Of a stretch of 64,000 nucleotides of DNA, positions 8,189 through 18,925 are shown in pieces. Under the pieces are notes generated by a model. That model was not told where the DNA came from. It saw only the letters and a program-made list of their open reading frames with translations, and did not search any database. The first letter of the stretch is position 1, and each line of letters begins with the position of its first letter. The stretch lies in IMG/VR virus record IMGVR_UViG_3300010399_000006, positions 8,851 through 72,850 of that record; one strand, written 5' to 3'. The translations under genes were made by a program, and so were the position numbers. Source of the DNA: a virus.

Positions 8189-9795
8189 GCACTCTGTGGC
8201 CCAAGCCCGGCTCCACCACTTCCGCCGGTCTAAAAACCGCTACTCCACCCACCAATCTGAAGTGGCTCGCTCGTCTGCTCGACTCCAACTCGATCAGCGA
8301 ACTCCACCAATACCCCGGCACCCTGCGCGCCCGCAAGCTGATCCGCGTCCCATCAGGACTCGCCGCCAACCTCTCATGGGCAATCGTCCACTATGACAAC
8401 GCACGACTCGAACAACGATTGGCGACGGGCAATCCAATGCCCGACATGCGGATGTCGAACGGCGAGATGATCCTATCGCCAGATGGGCTGTTTAAACCCA
8501 AAGACAACTGGCCGGTACCTAGCGCGGATACCCACAGTCCTATCTCCAATCTCACCGTCGATGATCGCGGGGTGATGTATCTAGCGTGTGGGTTCTGGGG
8601 CTGGGGAGGGATCGTCTATCGAGGAGGCGGGTTGCAGTCTGTGTTCTACGTCCACCCCGATGCTGCTCTGGGGGTGGCACCGAATCCGACGTACGTACTG
8701 CCGTTCAAAGTAGGGACTAGGTATTTGGCGTTGGCATCGCAGGGCAACGTGTCAGCGCTATGGGACGTGACCAATCTGGTGGCACCGAAGCAGCTCGTCC
8801 GGTTTGAGTTCGGCGTCATCACCCACGCACAAGCGTCGGACGGCCGGATTGCGGCGGTGTGTGAAGACGGGTGGGTTCGTACGTTCACACCGTCGTCGCT
8901 ACTGGTCGGCAAGCTGGTTGGAGCGTTTGGCGGCGTGGGGTTGCCGTCAGCGGCAGCTACCGATGGAACTGACTTCTACTATACATCGAGCGCTCTAACG
9001 GTACTTACTTCGGACGGACGTACCCACAACGTGGTTATACCGTACGCACTGAATAGGTCGGGGGTCGATTGGAGCGAGAACTACCTGACACTGTGGGGAG
9101 TGGATAACACCGGCAAGACCCTCCATGTGTTCAAGACTCCATCACTGACTGAGATCCCGTTCGGCAGTTTCTGGCAGAAGTGCTACTGGCAGAACCGCGA
9201 TATCGGATTTGCGGTGCCGCAGAACAGTGGGTTCGATCAGTCAGCGGGGCAGTGGTCACATGGAGTGGTAGTGGGTGGGAGGTTGCATACGCTGGTTGGT
9301 GGGTTGTGGGATGTGTGGGGGCTGGAGACGGGTACTGGAACGGTTACGACGCAACCTCCCGTACATCCACCTGTTCAGCCGCCAGTTCAACCACCCACTC
9401 CTCCTCCGGTGACTCCACCGCCTCAGCCCCCACCGGTAACTCCACCAGTCATCCCTCCGGTAACTCCTCCCCCAACTGGTACTGGTCTGACGGCAAAGGC
9501 GTCGAAGACCACCGTACTGGTCGGCGAGAGATTCGTCCTATCAGTAGGTGGTATCAACCCAATGCCGAGCGGCTGTAGGTGGCTGTTCCTAAAGCGCCCA
9601 TCTACGGTGGTCGTAGGTCAGGTAGCTGGGGCCAGTACGATCAGTCACCAGTTCGACTCAGTAGGTGAGTACGTAGCGTCGTGCATCGTCGGTGGATTGG
9701 AGACCAGTCCAGTGACTATTACTGTGAATGGAGTAGCTACCGTGAAAGCTGGTTCTGGTTCGGGTACGGTTAGGGAACGGGCGGTACGTACATGA
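8185..9795 (+). CDS. Beta-rich (propeller-like) protein with Pro-rich linker and C-terminal Ig/PKD-like domain
   Basis: Repeated beta strands, (PPV[QT]PP)n linker, HQFDSVGEYVASC (PKD-like). Fold calls are inference. Confidence 0.65.
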   Translation: MSTLWPKPGSTTSAGLKTATPPTNLKWLARLLDSNSISELHQYPGTLRARKLIRVPSGLAANLSWAIVHYDNARLEQRLATGNPMPDMRMSNGEMILSPDGLFKPKDNWPVPSADTHSPISNLTVDDRGVMYLACGFWGWGGIVYRGGGLQSVFYVHPDAALGVAPNPTYVLPFKVGTRYLALASQGNVSALWDVTNLVAPKQLVRFEFGVITHAQASDGRIAAVCEDGWVRTFTPSSLLVGKLVGAFGGVGLPSAAATDGTDFYYTSSALTVLTSDGRTHNVVIPYALNRSGVDWSENYLTLWGVDNTGKTLHVFKTPSLTEIPFGSFWQKCYWQNRDIGFAVPQNSGFDQSAGQWSHGVVVGGRLHTLVGGLWDVWGLETGTGTVTTQPPVHPPVQPPVQPPTPPPVTPPPQPPPVTPPVIPPVTPPPTGTGLTAKASKTTVLVGERFVLSVGGINPMPSGCRWLFLKRPSTVVVGQVAGASTISHQFDSVGEYVASCIVGGLETSPVTITVNGVATVKAGSGSGTVRERAVRT

Positions 9796-10991
9796 GTACC
9801 GAATTTGAGTTTGGGGAGCCATGCGCTTGTGGCGATGCGACTATTGGCAAGGTCACTTATTCTGAACACCTAAGCCATCCAGACAAAAAGCTGTTTACGC
9901 GCAGACAGGTCCACAACAGCTACGGGTGTGTTAATGGCGCTGCGCCGTGCATACACTCACAATCGATCGCGGACAGGCCAACTACAGATCTGACGGCCGG
10001 TGAGGCAGCGGGACTAGCGAGTGATCCTATCTACAATCCACTCCAAGAGCAGTGTTGTGATCGGTGGCCGCACGATCTGCGGACTGCATGCACTACCGGT
10101 GTAGGAGATGATCCGGCGAAGGTGGCAACGGAAGGTCTATGCAGGTACTTGCGCGAGTATACCGGACACGGTATCTCTCCGGACTCGGTTGGTGCCATCA
10201 TCCGAGCAGCGTATGCCGACCAAACGGCGGAGTTGGAGGGGTGGAGCAAAGCTGTTGATGCTGGCCTTTACGCTCATCTCGTCTGCGTTGATCTCGCGCT
10301 CAGTTCATGGCCGTGTGAGCGGAATGTGAATGCGGTTGACTGTGGGCATCAGTACTGTCGCGATCACGCAATGTGCCAAAAAATCACCGATCTCCAGTGC
10401 CAGCTCGCCGAACGAGATCGCAACGCACAGGCCGCCGTGGATGGCTTCAGTGAGACGCGACGCACACTCCAGGGAGAGCTGGTGCGCCGTGACCAGCGCA
10501 TCGCCGAATTAACGACGCAACTCGCAGCATGGGACTTACACGAGAAGGTTGATCACCCCGGCTGCTACGGTCCACCACTGACCACACCCGAGAGCCGCGT
10601 ACCGCAGATGGATTGGGAGCAAGTGCGGCAGAACGGCGGGCCGCCGTGCTATGCGCTACTCGGCGAGACGATGCCGGACGGCGAGACGGCCAAGTATTGT
10701 GGACGGGCGAAGAGGTGGGCTGGGCATTATGTCTTGGCAGGGCATCCGTTTGTCGCAGTCCCCTTCCCACAACCGCCAGAAGCGCAACCGTCCGATGGGA
10801 CAACGGCGGCGGTCGATCGCCACTCCGGTGCTCACGGACTGCTATCCGAAACTGAATCCGTCAGCCGTCCTAACCGAATCAAGCCCGGCTGGATGTGGTG
10901 CTACAACCCAATCTGTAACTACACCGCTCCGGCGCTAGGATGGTGCGTAGAGCATCAGAAACTCGATACGTGCTGGTCGGTTACAGCTTGA
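9792..10991 (+). CDS. Modular Cys/His-rich hypothetical protein with coiled coil
   Basis: 399-aa ORF, ATGA overlap. Confidence 0.7.
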   Translation: MSTEFEFGEPCACGDATIGKVTYSEHLSHPDKKLFTRRQVHNSYGCVNGAAPCIHSQSIADRPTTDLTAGEAAGLASDPIYNPLQEQCCDRWPHDLRTACTTGVGDDPAKVATEGLCRYLREYTGHGISPDSVGAIIRAAYADQTAELEGWSKAVDAGLYAHLVCVDLALSSWPCERNVNAVDCGHQYCRDHAMCQKITDLQCQLAERDRNAQAAVDGFSETRRTLQGELVRRDQRIAELTTQLAAWDLHEKVDHPGCYGPPLTTPESRVPQMDWEQVRQNGGPPCYALLGETMPDGETAKYCGRAKRWAGHYVLAGHPFVAVPFPQPPEAQPSDGTTAAVDRHSGAHGLLSETESVSRPNRIKPGWMWCYNPICNYTAPALGWCVEHQKLDTCWSVTA

Positions 10992-11160
10992 GAGTGTGAA
11001 GTAGCGGAGCTACGAACTTCACCAGTACGTAGATGACCGTCACCGCAATAACGAGGGCGACGATAATACGCTTGATCGTTACGTCCATTTGGATCATAGA
11101 TACCAAATAGAGAGCAACCCCGACGATGATAAGAAGAATGATCAGTCCGATGAGGCTCAT
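10981..11160 (-). CDS. 59-aa two-TM membrane protein, holin candidate (not in ORF track)
   Basis: MSLIGLIILLIIVGVALYLVSMIQMDVTIKRIIVALVIAVTVIYVLVKFVAPLLHTLKL; last gene of the lysis cluster. Confidence 0.75.
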   Translation of the reverse strand: MSLIGLIILLIIVGVALYLVSMIQMDVTIKRIIVALVIAVTVIYVLVKFVAPLLHTLKL

Positions 11161-11432
11161 ACGGTAGTGTTTCCTTTCTTCGCTGCGAGGTTGTCTTGGG
11201 TCTTCTCCGCTGCGTCGCTCACCGCTGCATCCGGTGGAGATTTAGTTAGTCCCATTACGAACGCGTTGGTAGTTACCGCTACCAGTCCGAAGATCGGTCT
11301 GTACTTCTCCCACTCCTTGACGTTCCCACAATAGACCATAGCTGAGTTGGTCACCGTCAGGAACAGAATGAAGACGGAGCGCTTGGTGCGGGTCCACCAT
11401 GCTGGACGGGTAGCACGGCGGCGGATCGTCAC
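11157..11432 (-). CDS. Putative holin
   Basis: Basic N-terminus, two hydrophobic stretches, charged C-terminus; near the endolysin. Confidence 0.55.
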   Translation of the reverse strand: MTIRRRATRPAWWTRTKRSVFILFLTVTNSAMVYCGNVKEWEKYRPIFGLVAVTTNAFVMGLTKSPPDAAVSDAAEKTQDNLAAKKGNTTV

Positions 11433-11878
11433 CCTTCCTGCTCTTTCCGCTGCAGCGCGTTGTGCTCGATGCCGAGCGCTTCGAGCTTCTTGTTCACGTT
11501 GTTCGCCTCGCGCGACGCCTCCAGCGCGTTCACGTTCGCGTCACGGCTGATGGCGGTGTTCTCCGCGATCATCGCCGTGAGCTTCTTGTTCTCGGCGAGG
11601 AGGTCGCGGGCGACGATGCGCGCGGCTTCCTTGGCGACGGCAGCGACCGCCGCGGCGAGCCGTTCTTCGCGCTCGCGGACTTCCGTCACAGTCATCTGAT
11701 GCTCAGCGCTGCTCTCGTTGCGGAGGGTGCGCTGCCTGCTGCCGAGTATGAGGGTGGCGAGGACTTGAACGGTTGCCATCACGGCCAGCAGGACGGCGGT
11801 GTTGACGTTGCGGTCGAACCAGCCTTGCGGTGGCAAGTCGGCGAGTTGAATCACCAGCAGGAGCGTGATAAGCATCAC
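11429..11878 (-). CDS. Membrane-anchored coiled-coil protein of the lysis cluster
   Basis: Hydrophobic N-terminal segments then heptad coiled coil. Confidence 0.6.
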   Translation of the reverse strand: MMLITLLLVIQLADLPPQGWFDRNVNTAVLLAVMATVQVLATLILGSRQRTLRNESSAEHQMTVTEVREREERLAAAVAAVAKEAARIVARDLLAENKKLTAMIAENTAISRDANVNALEASREANNVNKKLEALGIEHNALQRKEQEG

Positions 11879-12315
11879 CCCGGCAACTCCGCATGCGGCA
11901 TGTCGTTGAGCGACTCGTCAGGATCGGGAACGACCGGCCAGCCGTCCCCGTCCCAATCGCCACCCCAGCGCAATCCGAACCGCTGAAAGAGTTGCCCGAG
12001 GCTCCAGTAGAGAGCAACAAGCATCGCCCTGTCGAAGCCCTCAACGTTGTCGATGTACGCGCCGTCGCTCAGCCGGAAGATCCCGAAGTCGATCGCACGC
12101 GTCGGTTTCGTGTTGTGCTTGCTCTTTCGCTGAACACCATCGAAACGTGACCGGCCCGCCTTGAACGCGACCATCTGCTCATCGGTGGATCGATACACTT
12201 CGATTGGTCGAGTCTCGTATCCGAGCGGTCGGAACGTCGCGTTGAACCGGTCGGTAGCGGCGGTCGCCTTTGTGACCAGCGTTGGGTCGGCGTCGGCGTA
12301 GTCTCGTGTCGGCAT
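11875..12315 (-). CDS. Endolysin, peptidase M15 family (L-Ala-D-Glu peptidase-like)
   Basis: YRS..EQ, SKH..AID, WGGDW, D.PH.E zinc motifs. Confidence 0.9.
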   Translation of the reverse strand: MPTRDYADADPTLVTKATAATDRFNATFRPLGYETRPIEVYRSTDEQMVAFKAGRSRFDGVQRKSKHNTKPTRAIDFGIFRLSDGAYIDNVEGFDRAMLVALYWSLGQLFQRFGLRWGGDWDGDGWPVVPDPDESLNDMPHAELPG

Positions 12316-12321
12316 GACAGG

Positions 12322-12624
12322 TTACGCTTGTGGCAGCTTCCCGTGCGCGAGATCATTGATCGCGGCGCGGATTTCGGCGGTCCACTTCCGCATCAGATTT
12401 ACATCCTCGGTCCCGTCGCCAATCCACCTGATGAGTAGCTGTGCCTGCTCACACCCTTTGAAGCCGTCGAGTGACGCTGTGATCCCGAGCCAGGACAGGA
12501 TGTTGCGGTAGGCATCGGCGGTCTTCGCGAGTTCGGCCGCGTCGGGGCCGTCTATCAGTTTGGCGAGTTCGGCGATGAATCCACCGTTGTTGATGATCTT
12601 CTTGATGCTTGGGTCCATGTTCAC
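12322..12624 (-). CDS. Hypothetical protein
   Basis: AGGAGG SD, GTGA coupling. Confidence 0.65.
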   Translation of the reverse strand: MNMDPSIKKIINNGGFIAELAKLIDGPDAAELAKTADAYRNILSWLGITASLDGFKGCEQAQLLIRWIGDGTEDVNLMRKWTAEIRAAINDLAHGKLPQA

Positions 12625-13109
12625 TGTCCTCCTAGTTTGGGCGGATCGGGGATGTTGGGAGTTGGCAGCCCTCGTAGCCGCATTGTCGTCGTAATCTCGG
12701 TCATAGACTTATTCACGTTGAGATTGTATGCGTACTGGTCACGAATAAAGTCCCACGCGATTTTTTGATTGTCTTTGAGATAGTTGATGTCCTTGCTCTG
12801 AGCGGTAAGGGCGTTGGACGTCGTTTGGTTAATAGAGACGATGTTCTTGTTCATCTCCTTCATTTCGTCGAGCATCTTGTTGGCAATGAAAAGCACGAGG
12901 GTCAGAAGCAGTCCGCAGACGCTAAGAAGTATACCGAATGCTGCCATCCACGTCTTCGGATCTTGCCATGCACCAACTGGCCTACTCTCCCGGCGATCGT
13001 CAATGCCCGAAGTACGCCTGTCGATATCGTCGGCCATTACACCGCCCTTCTCGGTCTCGCCACTGTCAACAGCATGAAGTAAATAAGTCATGATAGCAGA
13101 CCCAACCAC
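12621..13109 (-). CDS. Single-TM coiled-coil protein
   Basis: WMAAFGILLSVCGLLLTLVLFIA TM; true start may lie further in. Confidence 0.65.
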   Translation of the reverse strand: MVGSAIMTYLLHAVDSGETEKGGVMADDIDRRTSGIDDRRESRPVGAWQDPKTWMAAFGILLSVCGLLLTLVLFIANKMLDEMKEMNKNIVSINQTTSNALTAQSKDINYLKDNQKIAWDFIRDQYAYNLNVNKSMTEITTTMRLRGLPTPNIPDPPKLGGQ

Positions 13110-14711
13110 CTACTGTTGCTGGATAGCACCCAGTCGGGCGGGCTCCTCACTGTCTCTACTCAACCGGTCAAAGATATAGCCACTACCGCCGAGTGTATCC
13201 GCCAGTAGCTTGTCCAGCTCTGCTCCCAAGTTCTTACCAGCACCAGCACCACTCGGTAGGTTGAACTGTTTGGTGGCTGCTGACCAGTTAGTACTGGCCT
13301 GTTGGCGTAGACGATCGAGTTCTACGGCGGTGAGCGGTCGCTGTTGGCCTTTGGTGATGCCGGAGATCGACGCTCGCATGCGGTTGGCGAATGAGGTAGT
13401 GGCTGCTTGGAGGCGAGCGTCAGGACGAACATTGGCGGGTGTAGTGGCACCGGTTGTAGGGGTCGTAGGCGGTTTCTGCTCAGTGGTCTGTTTGACCAGC
13501 CGTTCGGCGTCGAAGATCGGCTTCTGCGTCTCTGGGTTGGTAGACAGTAGACCGGCAGAACCACTGACAGACATAGGAGTGGCCGTCGTACGTGCAACGG
13601 GCGGAGATCCAGTGGGTGGTCCTACAAACGCGTTCGATTGGCCACCAACGTTGCCACTCTCGCCCCTGGTAGCGTCACTCATGTACTGATTAAGTAGCCA
13701 ATCGGCCGATGAAATGGGCGGCTGAGTTGACGGCAATGGCGATGGTTCGGCGAGCGGGATTGATCCGCGAGATCCGGGATCTCCAGTATATGGAGGGCTG
13801 TACTCCGGTACCGGTCGCGGACTTACGAACGCGTTCGTCGCACTGCCTGATTGAGAGGGAGCGTCACCAAAGGCGGCCGATTGGGAGAGATCCATGCTGC
13901 CGATCTGTGGAGTGACTGCCGGAGTAGTAGTAACTTGTGGCTTAGCGATACGTCCCTTGATGAGATCGGAGACAGCCGGACCTACGGTTCTGCCAGCAAT
14001 ATCTCTGATCAGGTACTCACCGACCTTGGCACGAAGTGACGGAGGAGCAGTGGTAGTTACCTCCGGTATCGTCTCTCCGTACACTGGCATGAATCCGGAC
14101 GGAGGTGGGCCGTTCCACACTTCCGGTAGTGCTGTAGGTGCCTGAGTTGGGGTGCGCGTGGCGAATGAAGACGCATCAGCCATACCGCCCACTCGACCGC
14201 TGATGTTCTCCATAGCCTTCGGGCCGCCACCAGCTAGAGCGGCAATGATCGTCGGCGTCAGTGTCCCCAGAGCACCACTATAGTTACCCTCTCCAATTTG
14301 AGTCATTGGCAGAGCCATCGGATTGGCCTGATTGATGACAGCTAGCCCTTGCGCTGGAGTCTTAGCTTTGAGAGCACTGTCTTTCATCGCTAGTGCCTGT
14401 TCCAGTCCAGGTACCCATTGCGGACCGGGAGTGAGACGATGCTTGATCTCATCCACGCTGGTGGGTCCACCGACTGCTCGCCACGCACTACCAAAATACC
14501 CAGGGGTATCTGGTCCGGCCGGTTGGCTAACACCGCGTCCAGCCTTAACGTCTTCCGGCGTCAATCCGCGTGCAGCCAGTCTAGCTCTCGCTGTCTCTGC
14601 TGGAGTGGAACGTAGCGCTGCTAGACGAGACTCAAAAGTCGATGACTCTACGGACGGTGCTCCACCGTTGGAACTTCTCATCGCTTCAAGTCTCTCGGCG
14701 AACGATGGCAT
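13110..14711 (-). CDS. Putative internal virion/DNA ejection protein
   Basis: 533 aa, Ala/Pro/Gly-rich; last of four such genes after the tail genes. Positional inference. Confidence 0.55.
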   Translation of the reverse strand: MPSFAERLEAMRSSNGGAPSVESSTFESRLAALRSTPAETARARLAARGLTPEDVKAGRGVSQPAGPDTPGYFGSAWRAVGGPTSVDEIKHRLTPGPQWVPGLEQALAMKDSALKAKTPAQGLAVINQANPMALPMTQIGEGNYSGALGTLTPTIIAALAGGGPKAMENISGRVGGMADASSFATRTPTQAPTALPEVWNGPPPSGFMPVYGETIPEVTTTAPPSLRAKVGEYLIRDIAGRTVGPAVSDLIKGRIAKPQVTTTPAVTPQIGSMDLSQSAAFGDAPSQSGSATNAFVSPRPVPEYSPPYTGDPGSRGSIPLAEPSPLPSTQPPISSADWLLNQYMSDATRGESGNVGGQSNAFVGPPTGSPPVARTTATPMSVSGSAGLLSTNPETQKPIFDAERLVKQTTEQKPPTTPTTGATTPANVRPDARLQAATTSFANRMRASISGITKGQQRPLTAVELDRLRQQASTNWSAATKQFNLPSGAGAGKNLGAELDKLLADTLGGSGYIFDRLSRDSEEPARLGAIQQQ

Positions 14712-16312
14712 TAGTCAGTGACCTTATAGCCAGCGGCGGTGGCTTCCTGTTCGGTAGCGCCCATCCGCTTCAGTTCCGTACGGGTGACGGTTTTAGATGC
14801 AGAATTAGAACCACCACCACTAGTGGTGGACGCACCCGGAGCGGAAGTGGCGCTGGTGGAGCTGTTGCTGAAAGCAAAATCAACAGTAGATGGATCTACC
14901 TTTAGCACATTCGCGAGAATGGCAACGTTGCGCGGACTGAGTACGGTGAAGTCGCGTCCACGTCCCACGCCGGTCTGATACTGAGCATCTGCCTCTGCCA
15001 GACGATCCTGCATCAATTTGACGGTCATTTCGATGGCGCCCTGACGTGCCGCAGGGGAGAGGTACTGACTAAGAGACTCGCGCATCTTCTCGCGTTCTGC
15101 TTGACCGGAGATCGACGATCCTCTGAGCATGGTTTCTGTTTCGTTGGCGACGGCATCCGCCGCCCGGTTGTATGCGGCGAGGCGTTTCTGAAAGTCGGGG
15201 CTGAACTGATTGGCTACCATGTTGGTAGCGCGGTTAGTTACAGATGGGAGGAAGTTACTGTTGTTGAGAGCATCCCCAGCGATTTTCAGTTCGCCGACGT
15301 GATCGATGAGCTGGCGAATGGTCTTTAGCGCATCGCCGTTCTTTCCAGAGGTGAAGTTCTTCTTCGCCGCAACCTGCGTTGGGTAGTCGCTCATACTGAA
15401 GGCAGGGTCGAGCTGCTTGACCTTAGTTTCCAGTAGAGCCACGACTTCCGGTTTCCAGCGGCGGAGCAGCATGGGGTCGAAGTCGCGGCTGGCTAGATCT
15501 CTCACCATCTGATCGGCACCATCAGCGCCACCTGGAGCGGAACTGGCGCCGTAGCCAGAACCATACCCGGAGCCTCCAGCAGCGGAACCGGCACCACCTG
15601 ACAGGGAATTCATGAAGTTGTTCTGCAACTGCTGACTTCTAGTTTCTGTACCGATCTTCGCAGTGAGAGCGTTCCTCTCTCGTGCCTGCGCTTGGGCACT
15701 ATCCGTCTGCGCTCCCTTTAATGTGACATCAGCACCTTTCACACGAGTAGCCGCTTGGGTATCTACTGTTTGCGGTCCGGCAACGTAGTCAGCCTGAGCG
15801 CCAGCGTGACGGCCCTGTTGTCGCTTCAGTTCGATATCGGCCATACCGATCGGACCGGTGTTGTCATATACCTTGTTCGCATCAGGTATCACCTTGGCTG
15901 ATACACCCTGGGCGGTGGCGAAGTCCTGCGGCGACAGATAGCGGCGAGCAGCAGTGGTTTGAGTATAGTCGGCGTTCGGATTTAGACCGGTGAGGTTCGT
16001 GGTAGCTATGATGTCCGACTGGAACCGGTCCGGAGTGAACCCTTGCTGGACCGACATGTTCTGCCTAGCCAATAGATCCTTGAACTCCTCTTCAGGGGTT
16101 CGAGCGGTAGCTGATTGGGGAATCGTGAGACCACGCGATGCATTCGGGTTGGCCTGCATCAGTGCCACGCGACGGTCGAACGGCTGGCCCTGCATGAGCG
16201 CGGCGAGGTACTGGCGCTTAGCCTGCTCCTCATCAGCCGCACGCTGTTGGAGGTGCGACAAAGAGTCGGAGATGGTCTGTAGACCTTGGGGGCGTGGATC
16301 GATGATTTGCAT
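14711..16312 (-). CDS. Putative internal virion/DNA ejection protein
   Basis: 533 aa, Ala/Gln-rich and helical; positional inference. Confidence 0.6.
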   Translation of the reverse strand: MQIIDPRPQGLQTISDSLSHLQQRAADEEQAKRQYLAALMQGQPFDRRVALMQANPNASRGLTIPQSATARTPEEEFKDLLARQNMSVQQGFTPDRFQSDIIATTNLTGLNPNADYTQTTAARRYLSPQDFATAQGVSAKVIPDANKVYDNTGPIGMADIELKRQQGRHAGAQADYVAGPQTVDTQAATRVKGADVTLKGAQTDSAQAQARERNALTAKIGTETRSQQLQNNFMNSLSGGAGSAAGGSGYGSGYGASSAPGGADGADQMVRDLASRDFDPMLLRRWKPEVVALLETKVKQLDPAFSMSDYPTQVAAKKNFTSGKNGDALKTIRQLIDHVGELKIAGDALNNSNFLPSVTNRATNMVANQFSPDFQKRLAAYNRAADAVANETETMLRGSSISGQAEREKMRESLSQYLSPAARQGAIEMTVKLMQDRLAEADAQYQTGVGRGRDFTVLSPRNVAILANVLKVDPSTVDFAFSNSSTSATSAPGASTTSGGGSNSASKTVTRTELKRMGATEQEATAAGYKVTD

Positions 16313-16354
16313 GATCAGTTTAGATATCTATTACTGTACTAGTTACGATACTAG

Positions 16355-17866
16355 TTATGGTGCTACATATCCGGTCGGATTGAAGTTCGGCACCAGTCCA
16401 GCCGGTGGGAACGTCATACCGCCCATCAAACCAAGTAGATACTGGTAGTAATCGGACGCCAGTTTGTCCTGACCGAGTTGGAAATCGTAGCCCTTCCACT
16501 TGTCCTCGTACGGCAGACCGGTGATGAACTTCTTCCAATCGATATCGCTTGCGTATTTGGATGCGTCAGCAGCGGCGCTAGCTCCGGCACCAGCGGTAGA
16601 TGCACCGATCTGCGCAGCTTGGATGCCGTACTGACCGCTGATCTCCGCGAGGGCCTTTTGCAGCGCTCGGTCCTTGGCGGCTTCGCTCGATTCGTACGTC
16701 CAACCGGCGAGACCGGACTGTTGCTGGTTGACTAGATCAGCCAGACCGCGCGATTGGGCCATCGAGTAGGCACCGGAGTTGATCGCACCGGAGTTGCCGC
16801 CAGCGGTGGCGAGTGCTCGGAGGTAGTCTTCTTGCTCTTGCTGCCACAGAGGGCTCATCAGGTTGCGGAGGTAGGCGAGGGATTCGGGGTCGCCACCCGC
16901 ACCAGTAACTCCACCAGCGCCACCAGCTCCACCAGCAGCGGCGCCGCTCTCACCGCGAGGACCAGCAATAGCATTGGGGTCAGCAGTGCGGGTGGGATCT
17001 AGTGCGGGATTCCACGCGTTGCCACCACCAACGATACCTCCACCGCCAACTCCACCAGTCAGGTCAGGTGGAGTAGTTGAGACGATCCCACCGGGAGCAC
17101 CACTGTCGGGCGGCTTGGTGCCAGTGCCGGGCATACCGGGTAGACCGCCGATTGCTCCACCCATCGTGCCGGGAGTCAGACTACCGGTACCACCAGCGGA
17201 GAGCTGGTTGAGGTACCAGTCTCCGAATGGCACGTTGACCTTACCGGCTAGAGCTAGACCGCGAAAGTCATTGACGTCTTTGGGGGTGATGTTGGCGAAT
17301 GCAGGATTGCGGTCGGCGAAGCTACGGTAGTACTCCGCCATTGCATTGAGGTCGTTCGGATCGCTCGGTGGCTGCATCGGAGTGACTGGTTGGACCGGTG
17401 CATGCGGTTGGAGGGTGGGGATGCCGGTAGTAGGTACTGGAGTAGTAGTTGGAGTGGTCTGTACTGGACCCGGCACTCCACCTGGAATACCCGCGCCGAT
17501 ACCACCGCCAACGGGTGATGCCTGCTGATACGGTTGTACATCTGCTTCGGGCATCGCCGTCGCCGTGGACTGACCAACGAATGCCGAAGACACCGGTAGC
17601 TTGACGGGCATCGTCGATACCGGTACCGGTGCCTGCGTTGGTACTTGACCACGCTGTGGAGTGAGCATTCGAGCCCACGCCTGCGCGGCGTTGCCGAACG
17701 CCGAGAAAGCGTCTTTGCCGCCACCGGGATTGGATTGCACAGCAGCATTGGTGGCTGATGAACCGGTCTGTGAGCCCTGTTGGCCGTTACCGGCAGCTCC
17801 ACCATACACGCTGTCTTGGGTGGAGTATGGATTGGTGTTTGCGTCGTATGGATTGTAGGGAGGCAT
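16355..17866 (-). CDS. Putative internal virion/pilot protein
   Basis: 503 aa, Gly/Pro/Gln-rich; positional inference. Confidence 0.55.
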   Translation of the reverse strand: MPPYNPYDANTNPYSTQDSVYGGAAGNGQQGSQTGSSATNAAVQSNPGGGKDAFSAFGNAAQAWARMLTPQRGQVPTQAPVPVSTMPVKLPVSSAFVGQSTATAMPEADVQPYQQASPVGGGIGAGIPGGVPGPVQTTPTTTPVPTTGIPTLQPHAPVQPVTPMQPPSDPNDLNAMAEYYRSFADRNPAFANITPKDVNDFRGLALAGKVNVPFGDWYLNQLSAGGTGSLTPGTMGGAIGGLPGMPGTGTKPPDSGAPGGIVSTTPPDLTGGVGGGGIVGGGNAWNPALDPTRTADPNAIAGPRGESGAAAGGAGGAGGVTGAGGDPESLAYLRNLMSPLWQQEQEDYLRALATAGGNSGAINSGAYSMAQSRGLADLVNQQQSGLAGWTYESSEAAKDRALQKALAEISGQYGIQAAQIGASTAGAGASAAADASKYASDIDWKKFITGLPYEDKWKGYDFQLGQDKLASDYYQYLLGLMGGMTFPPAGLVPNFNPTGYVAP

Positions 17867-17890
17867 AATTGGTAATTCTTACTCTCCCTT

Positions 17891-18823
17891 CTACGGTTGG
17901 GTGACGTTCATGCCGCCACCGCCGACGTTACCAGTTCCAATACCTAGACCACCGCCAACTCCAGCGGCGGGCTTAGCACTGTTGATATAGGACGTAGCGA
18001 TGGCGAGAGCTACCTGTGGGTCGATACCGTAGGTGGATGCGATGGCGGTGGCAATGCCTTGGACACCAGTTTGGGTGATCTCTGGGTGCTGGCTGAGCCA
18101 CTGGGCGATGCCGATGGCTTGCTGCGTGCCGCCACCAGCAGGAGCGCCAGTACCAGCCGGGGTACCGGGAGGGCCAGCAACGCCAGCAGCGTTCGGCGCA
18201 CCGTTACCACTCATCCACGCTTGCTGATTACCGGTGGACTGTCTGATGAGGTTCTGGTAGTAGTCGGCATTGGTACCGCCCGGTGATCCAGACGGACTCA
18301 GTGTGGGCGGCGTCAAACCCTGATAAGCCATTGGAGTGGCTGATGTGCGGTTCCACGGCAGAGTGGGAGCGACGCGGCCGATCTCCGATTTGCCGATGTC
18401 AGACACGATTCCGGCGTTGTACTTAGTGGCGGGGTTGTCGAACGCTTGAATGTAGCGGCGATAGAGTTCACTCTGCTCGGGGGAGAGCGGAGTCTGGTGG
18501 TACGTGGGTTTCTGGAGTGCTTGGTATGCACCCAGACCGAACTGCCCAGCAGTAGCGAGTAGGCCGTAGTTATTAGCCAGCCAGCTACCGGCACCGGCGG
18601 TTTGGGCGGGCATCTGAGTTACGCCGGTAGTTACCGGTACAGAGGTAGTTTGCGATGTGCTGCTGCCCATCCCCGGTGCACCGCCACCGGGAGTACCGGT
18701 CGTGCCGGGGGAACTGGCCGGACCCGACTTCTTCATGTTCTGGATATCGCCCAGACTGAATCCGTGAGGAGCCAGCCATTGGGCGGTATCGTCGTCGAAT
18801 CCGTACTGCTGCGGTTGGGCCAT
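17891..18823 (-). CDS. Putative internal virion/pilot protein
   Basis: 310 aa, Gly/Ala-rich; positional inference. Confidence 0.55.
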   Translation of the reverse strand: MAQPQQYGFDDDTAQWLAPHGFSLGDIQNMKKSGPASSPGTTGTPGGGAPGMGSSTSQTTSVPVTTGVTQMPAQTAGAGSWLANNYGLLATAGQFGLGAYQALQKPTYHQTPLSPEQSELYRRYIQAFDNPATKYNAGIVSDIGKSEIGRVAPTLPWNRTSATPMAYQGLTPPTLSPSGSPGGTNADYYQNLIRQSTGNQQAWMSGNGAPNAAGVAGPPGTPAGTGAPAGGGTQQAIGIAQWLSQHPEITQTGVQGIATAIASTYGIDPQVALAIATSYINSAKPAAGVGGGLGIGTGNVGGGGMNVTQP

Positions 18824-18925
18824 CTTAGATCACTCTCGATTTCTGCCCTGGGTGATCCCGTACGATGGCGGTTCAGGACTGTACCAAATCGGATTGTACA
18901 TCAGTAATCAGTAGGAGAGAAGTTT

